Shown here: positions 1 to 9,442 of the stretch, one piece after another
Layout: each line of letters begins with the position of its first letter
How positions within the stretch are numbered: position 1 is the stretch's first letter
Sequence record: SRR31147125_1397
Direction: 5' to 3' (one strand)
DNA length: 42,736 nucleotides
Notes under the pieces: model-generated
The model's input: the letters and a program-made list of their open reading frames with translations, nothing else
Database searches by the model: none
Told to the model about the DNA's origin: nothing
Program-made: the position numbers and the translations under genes

Positions 1-30
1 AAAAAGCTAACGTCAACGACGTTAGCTTTT
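1..30. terminator. Bidirectional intrinsic terminator
   Basis: Inverted repeat AAAAGCTAACGTC-aac-GACGTTAGCTTTT next to the stop codon of the minus-strand CDS. Confidence 0.85.
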
Positions 31-32
31 AT

Positions 33-1492
33 TTATAATAAGAATAGAATGGCAAGAATACTAATTAAGTTTGATAAGATATGAACGAGTGTTGGATAAA
101 TAATATTTTTATCATTTCTAATATAAATATAACCAAACACAAATCCCATGATAATATAACTTGAACCATTGATTAATGCATCTTGTAGTGATGCTTCTCC
201 AATTAAATGAATACCACCAAAGACAAGTGAAGATGTAATAAGTGCAAGCCATTTATGACTAATGAGTCCAAAAATTGCTTTTCTAAATATAAGTTCTTCA
301 ACAATAGGTCCTATGAAGACAGCACTTAAGATCATAAATATCGCGCCACTAGAATTAAGCGTGGATTCTATGGTCATTTGATTTACTGCTTCTGTAACTG
401 GTTGATTAAATAGCCATGATAATCCTTGTGAGACAATCACTGAAACATAGTTACCGAGGATTAAGAATACATAACCAACAACGACACCTTGGATCAGTTT
501 AGATTTTTGTTCTGATTTAATCATATCAAAATCATATGATAAATTAGGTTTTAATATGAGTAGTAAAATAGGTGCTAACAATATATAGATGATAAAATTG
601 ACAAGACCACTTGCAAAACCAGTTAATTCGTAGCCATAATCACTATAAGTTGCTTCTCTTGTTAAAAACTCTTGGTTAGGTGTCATCTGATCTTTAACAC
701 TATAAATTTGATAATCATCAACACTTGATGTGCCTACTAATATGCCTTGCAGTGTTTGAGATGACATAGAAGAAATATCAGTATTATCTTTGTTGTATAA
801 AACATAATAATCTGTATCATAATCATAGGTTGCTATGTATGATGAATTAGATGCATAAAATGTTTGATATAATGTTTTTTCTATCAGTCCCAAACCATTT
901 TCATCATTTGCGATATCTTCAATCATAAATGCATAAAGAGAAACCGTATAGGTATGTTCATTTAAGATTTGATCAATGATGTATGAATCTTCGTCTATAT
1001 AGATTGTGATTAAACTATCAGTATCAGTAGCATCCCAATATAAGTTTTGACCTGACATGACTTGATCAACGAATGCTTCATCAAAGACAACAGAGTTATC
1101 AGTGATGTAAGTATTAGACATGTGATAGAGTACAACATATTCCTCAACATAAAATGATGCTTTATTGATATAGCTGTCATAGTCATCTTCAAAGTTTGTT
1201 TCATAAGTTGCTGCATCCATAAAGGCTATGCCATCAGTGTCTTGATATAGATTTAATAACACATATTCTTCAGCACTGTATTCATGGATATTATTATCAT
1301 TTGATAAGAAAAATAATTGTATGAACCCTGCAACAATAAACATAATGAAAATATAGTATAAAATTGAGAGACCATATTTTGATTTAATTTCTTTTGGTCG
1401 TTCTTTTTTTCCTTCATTTTTAATTCTTCTTCAAATAAATCTTCAAATTGTAAAACATCTTGCTCTTGATAAGAGTTTTCTTGTTTATTCAT
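33..1492 (-). CDS. CPBP (CAAX/Abi) family intramembrane glutamic endopeptidase with a large acidic extracytoplasmic insertion; apparent frameshift near the N-terminus
   Basis: C-terminal motifs EELIFRK, FGGIH and HILSN. The track ORF is 33..1343, but that frame stays open upstream (KERPKEIKSKYGLSILYYIFI) and joins MNKQENS... (ATG 1492, GGTGA RBS) if the T7 run at 1404-1410 is one base longer. Confidence 0.8.
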
Positions 1493-1595
1493 TTTCATCA
1501 CCCATTCATATTATATCTTATCTATGGTTTAAATGGTAGGTTTATCATAAAATATGTGATAATATATGTATATAATATATGAAGTAAGTGATGAT

Positions 1596-2183
1596 ATGAA
1601 AATACTTATAGCAAGCCAAAATAAACATAAAATTGAAGAGATCACAAAAATTTTTAATGATGATCGTTTTACATTGTATACATTAGAGGATTTTAATGAT
1701 GATGATGATCCAATTGAAGATGGCAAATCATTTTTAGAAAATGCAATCATTAAAGCAAAATATTTTGCGAAAAAATATCAAATACCTACACTATCAGATG
1801 ATTCAGGTTTATGTGTAGAAGCACTTCATCTTATGCCAGGTATTTACTCAAAACGATATAGTGGTGGTAATGATAAAGATAATAATGATAAACTATTATT
1901 AAACTTAAAAGGTATTAAAAATAGAGATGCATATTTCGTGAGTATGATTGTTATTTATTTTCCAGATGATACATATTTTAGTTTTGAAGGTCGATTATAT
2001 GGAGAAATTGCAGAGCAACCATTGGGGACTATGGGTTTTGGATATGATCCAATCTTTTATGTGAAATCATTGGATAAGCATTTAGCACAATTAACACTAG
2101 ATGAGAAAAATCACATATCCCATCGTGCTCAAGCACTAGAGAAAGTAGGGATGCATTTAGATGAAATTATTAATCACAAGTGA
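1596..2183 (+). CDS. rdgB: Non-canonical purine NTP pyrophosphatase (HAM1/RdgB)
   Basis: ASQNKHKIEE, DDSGL, PGIYSKRY, GFGYDPIF and KNHISHR motifs. Start moved to ATG 1596 (MKILIAS). Confidence 0.93.
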   Translation: MKILIASQNKHKIEEITKIFNDDRFTLYTLEDFNDDDDPIEDGKSFLENAIIKAKYFAKKYQIPTLSDDSGLCVEALHLMPGIYSKRYSGGNDKDNNDKLLLNLKGIKNRDAYFVSMIVIYFPDDTYFSFEGRLYGEIAEQPLGTMGFGYDPIFYVKSLDKHLAQLTLDEKNHISHRAQALEKVGMHLDEIINHK

Positions 2184-2601
2184 TATTCATGGTGCGATAG
2201 ATAGATTAAAAGCAGTCAAGCATAAACATCGAGATATTGATATTCATCTTGATGCTGGAGACATCTGTTTAGATCAACATATTATCATGCCATTTCACAT
2301 GACGACTGTAAAAGGGAATAATGATTTTTATAGTCAAGCACCATATTATCGTATACTTGATATAGATGGTATGAAGGTGTGTTTAACACATGGTCATATT
2401 GAACATGTTAAAGCAAATAAACAAGCATTATTTAGACTTGCGAAAGCAAATGATGCAAAACTCGTGATTTTTGGTCACACACATAAGCGATGTCTAGAAA
2501 CTGATGAAGACATCACTATATTGAATCCAGGAGCGTTAGGTGATTATCAACGAAGCTATGCAATCATTGATAATGGTCAGATCACCTTTTATGAATTATG
2601 A
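2161..2601 (+). CDS. YfcE/YsnB-type metallophosphoesterase
   Basis: SDIHG, AGD, GNND, THGH, GHTH and NPG motifs; usual neighbour of rdgB. Confidence 0.9.
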   Translation: MKLLITSDIHGAIDRLKAVKHKHRDIDIHLDAGDICLDQHIIMPFHMTTVKGNNDFYSQAPYYRILDIDGMKVCLTHGHIEHVKANKQALFRLAKANDAKLVIFGHTHKRCLETDEDITILNPGALGDYQRSYAIIDNGQITFYEL

Positions 2602-3464
2602 ATCCAAATACATTAATTTTACAAAGAGCTGCAAAAGCTTTTAACACAAGTGAAGAAAATATTGAAATTGTGAATCGTTTGATGGGTGGCATGAGTCATT
2701 TAACCTATCATATTAAATATCAAGATACTGATTATACATACCGTATTATTGGTAAAGATGGTAACTTATTTGTTGATCGAAAAATAGAATTAGAAAATTT
2801 AAATCGTATTAAACCTTTAGGTATTAATAACGATACAGTGTTTTTTGATGTTGAAACAGGTGAAAAAGCTGCTAAATTTGTTGAAGGTGATGTCTTAACG
2901 ACATTAGATATTAACGAACATTTAGAAGATGTTGTTAGTCTTTTAAAAACACTTCATACAACAGATATTAAACCAGCTGGTGATTATGGACTTATCGAAA
3001 GACTTGATTTATATGAATCATTTACACATGACAATAAACCATTATATAATGAACTTAAGAAAAAATGGGTTGACATGTATTTAAGTGAACGTCGTGATAT
3101 GCCAAAAGTGTTTTGTCATAATGATGCCCAACGATCAAATATGGTGATTGGTAAAGATAAATTATATTTACTGGATTGGGAATATGCAGGATATAATGAA
3201 TTCTATTATGATATTGCAAGTTTTGGTAATGTTGCATTTGAAGATGCATTAAAACTACTTGATGTATATTTAGGTAGAAAAGCAACAAAAGAAGAACAAA
3301 ACATGGTTCGCTTTTATCGTATGTTTCAAGCACTGCAATGGCATCAAGTTGCAACCAGAAAAGATATGGTTGGACTATCTAAAGATGTAGGTTTTGATTT
3401 TAATATGCTTGCCGATAAATATTTAAAACTTGCCGAAAGGTTATATAACGAAATTAAAGGATAA
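2598..3464 (+). CDS. Choline/ethanolamine kinase-like phosphotransferase (APH/ChoK fold)
   Basis: GGMS glycine loop, CHNDxxxxN (Brenner-like) motif and LLDWEYA motif; ATGA overlap with the upstream gene. Confidence 0.85.
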   Translation: MNPNTLILQRAAKAFNTSEENIEIVNRLMGGMSHLTYHIKYQDTDYTYRIIGKDGNLFVDRKIELENLNRIKPLGINNDTVFFDVETGEKAAKFVEGDVLTTLDINEHLEDVVSLLKTLHTTDIKPAGDYGLIERLDLYESFTHDNKPLYNELKKKWVDMYLSERRDMPKVFCHNDAQRSNMVIGKDKLYLLDWEYAGYNEFYYDIASFGNVAFEDALKLLDVYLGRKATKEEQNMVRFYRMFQALQWHQVATRKDMVGLSKDVGFDFNMLADKYLKLAERLYNEIKG

Positions 3465-3468
3465 TTTT

Positions 3469-6468
3469 ATGCGTCTTAATGATGTTCTCAATTTAGAAAA
3501 ACAACCTCATAGCTTATCAATCATTAAAGATTTTTTAGCACAACCCTTATCACATCTTGATTATCAAGCAGCTTATTACTATTATTTTGAAATCGCGATA
3601 TCATTATCGCTTTTTGAGCTTGTTTATGAAGAGGGACTTGTTGTTTTAAAAGAAATAGAAAATCAAAGTGAAACACTTTATTATGAAAAAATTTTAAAAC
3701 ATATCATTGATGCATCCATTAATCTTTCAAAATTTGAAGATGCTAAACGCCTCATTCAAATGAGAAAAGAAGTGCTCCCTATGATTAAACAGTATTTAGC
3801 GACACTTGATGATATCACGTATAAAAAAGCACTTAATGAACCTTATTTAGAAGATGTTTTAATGGTATTACAAGATATGATACCCGATGATGTGAAAATT
3901 TATTGTTTAGATGAACTTGTTTTTCTCTATATGAAAGATCATCAATTTGAGATGGCGTTACTTCACATACAAGAACTTTATAAGTTCGATTTAAAAACAA
4001 CTTTTGTGGCTAAAGAAATAGAGTGTTTGGTGCAATTGGATCGATATGATGAAGCTCAATCACTTGCACAACAAGCACTTAAAGAAAATCCTTATTTAAT
4101 GGATGTTGTACTTGCATTACTTCATGTATATGTATCATCTAAATCATTTGTAAAAGCAAGTAATTTAGATGCTGAATATGAAGCACTCTTTGAAAAAGAA
4201 AGTTTAAATTATCAAGAAAACGTGTATCAATTATTTGTTCAATTGTATCAACAAATGGATAACAAATTATCCATGGATCTTTATCAGAAGAAATTAAAAC
4301 GTGTAAAACGTGCAAAAAAGAAAGTTATTGATCAACATACAACAGCTTCACCTAAAGCAAATAGTCAAGTTATCATTGTTGAAAAACCGGAGAAAAAAGC
4401 AAAAGTATCCAATCAATTATTAGAACATTTAGAATCTGCAATCGACTTGATTGAATATGCGCATTTAATTGATGAGAAACTACCTTTAAGAGAGTATTTG
4501 CGCATTTTCTTCATGCAAGTCTCTACTTATATCGATGCTAAACTGATGCATGTTTATTTAAATGAGGGGTCGCCGAATTTCTTTTATTATAAAAAGGAAA
4601 GACTATATGATAAAACACTCACACCATTATTGACAGATGATTCATATGTGACACATGTGATGCATACAGGTAAAGAGTTATTTGAATTAACAAAAACATT
4701 CAAATGGCAAAAAGATATTGTCACACAAAAACCATTTGCTGATGATATAGGATTTATTTATGCATTTCCTATAGGTGATTTGGGTGTATTCTCAGTTTAT
4801 ATCGAAGATGAACTAACTGATCCTGCAATGTATTATGATATGCTTAAATTAGTAAATGCAATTATTTATGCCCATTTATTAGATGAGGCCCGTATCAAAC
4901 ATCTAAAAGTTGAAAATCATTTACAAAAACAAGTCTTAAATGCACCGATTTTAGCATATAGACTTCACCATGAGATCTCATCAACTTATAATGATATGGC
5001 CATGAAATTATTCGATATTGATAAGCATTATCATTTAGAATTGTTTTTAAGAGATGTATCTTATGAATATGTCCATACCTATAAACAAGCGATCGCATCA
5101 TGTTTAAATAGACCTGGAGAAATTAAAACATTACACTATGTTTATCAAAATAAACATATTGAAGAGAAAATGTATAGTTTTAAAGAAGGGGATGACACTT
5201 ACGTTATGAGTTTTTTCTATGATCAATCCAAAGAAGTAAATAAAGCGAAAACTTTAATTGAGCAAGCTACAGTTGATCAAAGTAGTGGCTTGTATAATAA
5301 ATATGCACTTGATCAAGCAATGGATCAACTCAAAGATGATAAAGTCAGCTTTTGTCTTGTTGAACTCGATGATCATATGAAACATATTTATGGTATTGAA
5401 CATATGCAAACATTTTTTAAAGAATTTGCTCAAGTATCTAAGAAGTTTTTTAATGATGCTCAAATTTATAGATTTGATACGAATCAAATACTTGTGGCTA
5501 TCCCAATTAATGATATTAGAACAGTCACAAAACGCATCAAAGATTATATGAAACATTTAGAATCATATCAATCAAAAGTACTTGATTATGAAAAGTTTGA
5601 TGTGTTTATTGGTATTTTAAGATATCCTGTGGTCACTGTTGAAAAACAAAAAGATAAACTCTATCGTTTCTTTCACATTGCTGTGAATAAAGCAAAAAGA
5701 AACAAAGATGACCATATGTATTTCTTTGTTTATCAAGATTATGAAGAAGAAATCTTTGAACAACAAGTGATTGATTACTTAAATGTTGCGATTGAAACTA
5801 GAAAAATAGGATTAGTGTTTAATCAAATCATTGATTTAACAAAAAATATTGTTTGGCAATATGAATCAGAACTTGTAATCACAGAACTTACGATTGATTC
5901 GAAATATCTACTTGCGATTGCTGATAAAAGACATCGACTCATTGATTTAGAACATTTTCATATTGAACGTGTTTGTGAATTTTTAGTTGAACTAGAAAAA
6001 CAAACAGAAAGACTTATAAAAATTACAATTCCTATTAGTAAAAAAACGTTTGTTGATCCCAAATTTAATGTGTTTTTATTAGGGACACTTAAAAAATATA
6101 AAATCCCTTATGAGTTTATTCGATTAAAACTTGATATGCAATTAAGAGCAAAACATTATCAAGGACAAATCCAAGAACTTATTGATCATGGGATGTCTGT
6201 AGACACAACAAGTGTTGATAATGCGTTAATTTATCCGTTTCATGCGACGCATATTTCATTTCAAAATGAAAGTTTGAAATTTAGTGAATATCTAAAACGC
6301 ATGAAAGAGATGTTTGATGAATTTCAAATGGCATTAATTGTCCGAGGTATTAAACGTAAGAGTGAAAAAGAGTTATGTCAAAGATTAGGTATTAACTATA
6401 TAGAAGGTACACTTTATAAAGAAATGCCTGCACCGGTACTACTTAGAAAGATTAGGGAATCTATATGA
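3469..6468 (+). CDS. Large protein with N-terminal TPR-like helices and degenerate GGDEF and EAL domains
   Basis: TPR-like segment (LVQLDRYDEAQSLAQQALKENP). GGDEF entry motif VDQSSGLYNK, with RFDTNQ at the active-site position. EAL-like FNQIIDL..YESEL and GINYIEG. ATG 3469 follows AAAGGA. Confidence 0.75.
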   Translation: MRLNDVLNLEKQPHSLSIIKDFLAQPLSHLDYQAAYYYYFEIAISLSLFELVYEEGLVVLKEIENQSETLYYEKILKHIIDASINLSKFEDAKRLIQMRKEVLPMIKQYLATLDDITYKKALNEPYLEDVLMVLQDMIPDDVKIYCLDELVFLYMKDHQFEMALLHIQELYKFDLKTTFVAKEIECLVQLDRYDEAQSLAQQALKENPYLMDVVLALLHVYVSSKSFVKASNLDAEYEALFEKESLNYQENVYQLFVQLYQQMDNKLSMDLYQKKLKRVKRAKKKVIDQHTTASPKANSQVIIVEKPEKKAKVSNQLLEHLESAIDLIEYAHLIDEKLPLREYLRIFFMQVSTYIDAKLMHVYLNEGSPNFFYYKKERLYDKTLTPLLTDDSYVTHVMHTGKELFELTKTFKWQKDIVTQKPFADDIGFIYAFPIGDLGVFSVYIEDELTDPAMYYDMLKLVNAIIYAHLLDEARIKHLKVENHLQKQVLNAPILAYRLHHEISSTYNDMAMKLFDIDKHYHLELFLRDVSYEYVHTYKQAIASCLNRPGEIKTLHYVYQNKHIEEKMYSFKEGDDTYVMSFFYDQSKEVNKAKTLIEQATVDQSSGLYNKYALDQAMDQLKDDKVSFCLVELDDHMKHIYGIEHMQTFFKEFAQVSKKFFNDAQIYRFDTNQILVAIPINDIRTVTKRIKDYMKHLESYQSKVLDYEKFDVFIGILRYPVVTVEKQKDKLYRFFHIAVNKAKRNKDDHMYFFVYQDYEEEIFEQQVIDYLNVAIETRKIGLVFNQIIDLTKNIVWQYESELVITELTIDSKYLLAIADKRHRLIDLEHFHIERVCEFLVELEKQTERLIKITIPISKKTFVDPKFNVFLLGTLKKYKIPYEFIRLKLDMQLRAKHYQGQIQELIDHGMSVDTTSVDNALIYPFHATHISFQNESLKFSEYLKRMKEMFDEFQMALIVRGIKRKSEKELCQRLGINYIEGTLYKEMPAPVLLRKIRESI

Positions 6469-7532
6469 GTCTATCATTATTAAAATCATACGTAGAACAA
6501 AGTGATAAAGATAGTGAAAGCAGTTATGGGTATCGTGCAAAATCAGCTTATGATATGCTTTTGCATATTGATAAAATGATTGCATCTTATGAACAAGACG
6601 AACGTTTGGAACAAGGTGAAATACTTTTAGATGTTTTTGGTTTGCTGCAAGGTTTTTTTGTAGGTATTGATAGTCTCTATGATTTAGCAATTGGGTTAAC
6701 ACATTATAAGTACCATATCAATATTAACCAAAATAAAGTTCTTCATCAATTAAAATATATTAGAAACGATATTGTTGGTCATCCAACAAATCGTACATAT
6801 CATAAAGGGTCTATAGGTTTTTCTGTACTCGTTCCTTATGGGCTCACTAAAGATAAAATGCGTTATCAAACTTATGTTTATCATAAAAACAAATTAGAAG
6901 TAAAAACTAAAGATGTTGTGTTTAAAGATATGATTGAAGCATATGTGAGTGAAAAAGAACAACTTATTAAAGATATATATGCTTTTGTGAGTAAACTACC
7001 TAAAAATGGTAAAATCTTAAATGATTTGTTAGATCTATATGATACGATGAATCTTGGTTTAGCTGAAAAAATAAAAACAGATTTTATGGAAAAGTTTGGA
7101 TTAGATGAGCATTCTAAGCACCGCTTTTTATGGCGTATTGATTTGGTTTTTACATTGATTAAGTGGTTTGATAAAGATGATGACTTAGATGCATTTATTG
7201 TTTATATGACACGTATGCAAATTACAAAGTTATATGATATGCTTTGTGACATTGAAGATGTTAGAGGTAAAGATATTTATACATCATTACCTGATGTATT
7301 AAAAGGATTTTATCAATTTATTAGAAAACATGAAGATCAAGCATATCCATTGCTTGATCACATCCATGATTTTGATCATCCACATCATCAAGAAGCGATA
7401 GAAGCGTTGATGGAATTAGGACCTAAAAAAGATGCTTACAAATTATTAAAATTTTTAAAAGAACAAACAAGTGAAGAAAAAGTATATTTAATTGGTTCTA
7501 TGATGAAAAAATATCGTCTAAAAAACCATTGA
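6465..7532 (+). CDS. Hypothetical protein with a HEPN-like RNDIVGH motif
   Basis: 355-aa ORF with an ATGA overlap; helical N-terminal half; R-N-x4-H motif at 6762-6782. Confidence 0.6.
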   Translation: MSLSLLKSYVEQSDKDSESSYGYRAKSAYDMLLHIDKMIASYEQDERLEQGEILLDVFGLLQGFFVGIDSLYDLAIGLTHYKYHININQNKVLHQLKYIRNDIVGHPTNRTYHKGSIGFSVLVPYGLTKDKMRYQTYVYHKNKLEVKTKDVVFKDMIEAYVSEKEQLIKDIYAFVSKLPKNGKILNDLLDLYDTMNLGLAEKIKTDFMEKFGLDEHSKHRFLWRIDLVFTLIKWFDKDDDLDAFIVYMTRMQITKLYDMLCDIEDVRGKDIYTSLPDVLKGFYQFIRKHEDQAYPLLDHIHDFDHPHHQEAIEALMELGPKKDAYKLLKFLKEQTSEEKVYLIGSMMKKYRLKNH

Positions 7533-7576
7533 TATCTTCATTTTTATGATATAATTATAGAGAAGAGGTGTTAATT

Positions 7577-7774
7577 ATGGCTTGGAGTAATAAAACGTAT
7601 TTAATCGGTGAAAAAGTGAAAGTCGAAGGCGAAAAAGGATTTGGTGTCATTACACGTATTGATGAAGTAAGAGGACTTATTTATGTGCTTTATAAAAGAG
7701 GACGTGAAGAAGCTTATCCTTATCCAGAAGCAATCGATCAAAACGTATTAAAAGTAGACGTTAAACAAAAGTAA
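7577..7774 (+). CDS. Small hypothetical protein (65 aa, beta-rich, SH3/KOW-like pattern)
   Basis: GAGGTG RBS before ATG 7577, extended -10 TGATATAAT at 7547-7555, and its own terminator. Confidence 0.75.
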   Translation: MAWSNKTYLIGEKVKVEGEKGFGVITRIDEVRGLIYVLYKRGREEAYPYPEAIDQNVLKVDVKQK

Positions 7775-7793
7775 ACGAAAGTTTACTTTTTTT
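7767..7793 (+). terminator. Intrinsic terminator
   Basis: AAAAGTAAAC-gaaa-GTTTACTTTT followed by a T run. Confidence 0.8.
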
Positions 7794-7858
7794 ATTGCGT
7801 CTAAAAATTCACTTAATTTCAGACTTATAGTATGATACAATATAATCAAGGTGATATT

Positions 7859-8926
7859 ATGTTTTTTAAACCATTTACATTAAAGAATCTACATTTAAAT
7901 AATCGCAGTGTCATGGCTCCTATGTGTATGTATGAAGCTGATGAAGATGGGATGATTACTGATTTCCATGTTATTCACTATGCATCACGCGCCATTGGGG
8001 GTGTGGGACTGATCATTCAAGAAGCTACAGCTATTGATCCTGATGGGAGAATTAGCTTAAATGATTTAGGTATTTGGAGTGATGAACACATTGGTGGACT
8101 TAAAATGATTGTCGATACAGTTCATGGATTTGGTACGCCAATTGGTATTCAAATCAATCATGCGGGTAGAAAGTCAAAGACAGATCATCCGATTGCACCT
8201 AGTGCAGTATCTTTTGGTGATAAAGAAGTTCCTCATGCCATGGATGAAGATATGATTAACCAAGTGGTTTATCAATTTAGAGAAGCAGCAAGACGTGCAG
8301 AAGCTGCAGGCTATGATTTATTAGAATTGCATGCTGCACATGGCTATTTATTATTCCAATTTTTATCACCATTATCTAATATAAGAGATGATGCATATAA
8401 AAATGGTGTTAATTTATTAAAAAAAGTCATTAAAAGCATCCAAGACGTATGGCCAAAAGAAAAAGTGCTTGCACTAAGAGTATCAGCTTATGAATATGTC
8501 AAAGATGGTGTGACACCAGAGATGATCTCAGACATGATTAATCAAGTGAAAGATTTAGGTATTGATTTAATTGATGTGAGTTCAGGTGGCAATGTAATAG
8601 CTAAAATTGATGCATATCCTGGATATCAATTAGGATTTGCAAAAACAATAAGAAATTTAACAGGTTTACCTGTTATTGGTGGCGGTTTAATTGAAGATTT
8701 AAAACTTGCAAATCAAGCAATTATTGATGAGTCTTGTGATTTGGTATTCTTTGGTAGACTATTACTTAGACATCCATATTATGTGATTAATCATGCTAAA
8801 GATTTAGGCATAGATATCGATTATCCAAATCCATATAAAAGAGGAAAAAATGAAAGTACTCATGCATATGTGCTGCGCACCTTGTGCAGTATATCCCGTA
8901 GAAACACTTCAATCAAGAGATATTGA
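7859..8926 (+). CDS. namA: NADH:flavin oxidoreductase, old yellow enzyme YqjM/NamA-like
   Basis: MAPMCMY, QINHAGRK, ELHAAHGYLL.QFLSP.SN.R.D.Y and YPGYQ motifs. The true stop may be near 8853 if the A6 run at 8845-8850 is A7. Confidence 0.88.
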   Translation: MFFKPFTLKNLHLNNRSVMAPMCMYEADEDGMITDFHVIHYASRAIGGVGLIIQEATAIDPDGRISLNDLGIWSDEHIGGLKMIVDTVHGFGTPIGIQINHAGRKSKTDHPIAPSAVSFGDKEVPHAMDEDMINQVVYQFREAARRAEAAGYDLLELHAAHGYLLFQFLSPLSNIRDDAYKNGVNLLKKVIKSIQDVWPKEKVLALRVSAYEYVKDGVTPEMISDMINQVKDLGIDLIDVSSGGNVIAKIDAYPGYQLGFAKTIRNLTGLPVIGGGLIEDLKLANQAIIDESCDLVFFGRLLLRHPYYVINHAKDLGIDIDYPNPYKRGKNESTHAYVLRTLCSISRRNTSIKRY

Positions 8927-9383
8927 AGTTGATGGATTATATTATAATCCAAATATTCATCCAATTGAAGAATTTGTTAAACGCGAAGAAAATGTTGAGA
9001 AACTTGCAAAAGATAAAGGGTTTAATGTTTATTATTACCCTGATTTTGAAGAAGACTTATGGCGTGCACTTAGAGAAGGCGATAAATCAAGATGCAACAT
9101 GTGTTATACCAAAAGACTTGATAAACTCTTTAGAGTTGCAGTTGAAAAGGGATATCAATATGTCACAACAAGTCTACTTGTGAGTCCTTATCAAGATCAT
9201 GAACTCATTAAAGAAATTGGTGAGAAGATGAGTCTTAAGTATGGTGTTGAATTTCTCTATGAAGATTTTAGAGTTGGTTATAGAGATGGTCAAAAGAAAG
9301 CAAAACAATATGGACTTTATTGTCAAAGATATTGTGGGTGTATTTTAAGTTTGAAAGAAAGAATTAAAGAAATTACACTTTAA
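8850..9383 (+). CDS. queH: Epoxyqueuosine reductase QueH
   Basis: HMCCAPC, YNPNIHP, RCxxCY, TTSLLVSPYQ and QRYCGC motifs. Confidence 0.92.
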   Translation: MKVLMHMCCAPCAVYPVETLQSRDIEVDGLYYNPNIHPIEEFVKREENVEKLAKDKGFNVYYYPDFEEDLWRALREGDKSRCNMCYTKRLDKLFRVAVEKGYQYVTTSLLVSPYQDHELIKEIGEKMSLKYGVEFLYEDFRVGYRDGQKKAKQYGLYCQRYCGCILSLKERIKEITL

Positions 9384-9442
9384 TATCCAATAGAATCACA
9401 TCAAAGTTGTAAAATAAATCTAATAAAAGTGGAGGTAGAAGC

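Noticed and set aside
1253-1501. 82-aa ORF as an independent gene
   Set aside because: Better explained as the out-of-frame 5' end of the CPBP gene.
1529-1750. Short alternative-frame and antisense ORFs in the track (for example 1529-1750, 3055-3354, 5254-5556, 22203-22505, 34309-34626, 41069-41479)
   Set aside because: They overlap well-supported genes, lack recognisable motifs and are expected shadow ORFs.
4314-4320. In-frame A_AAA_AAG after the TPR region that could yield a TPR-only product by -1 frameshift
   Set aside because: Lys-Lys codons are common in this AT-rich DNA, no stimulatory structure is seen and the ORF is intact.
8851-8926. C-terminal extension of the flavin oxidoreductase overlapping queH by 77 nt
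   Set aside because: The family-like sequence ends at PYKRG; one more A in the run gives a normal ATGA overlap, so this is likely an artefact.
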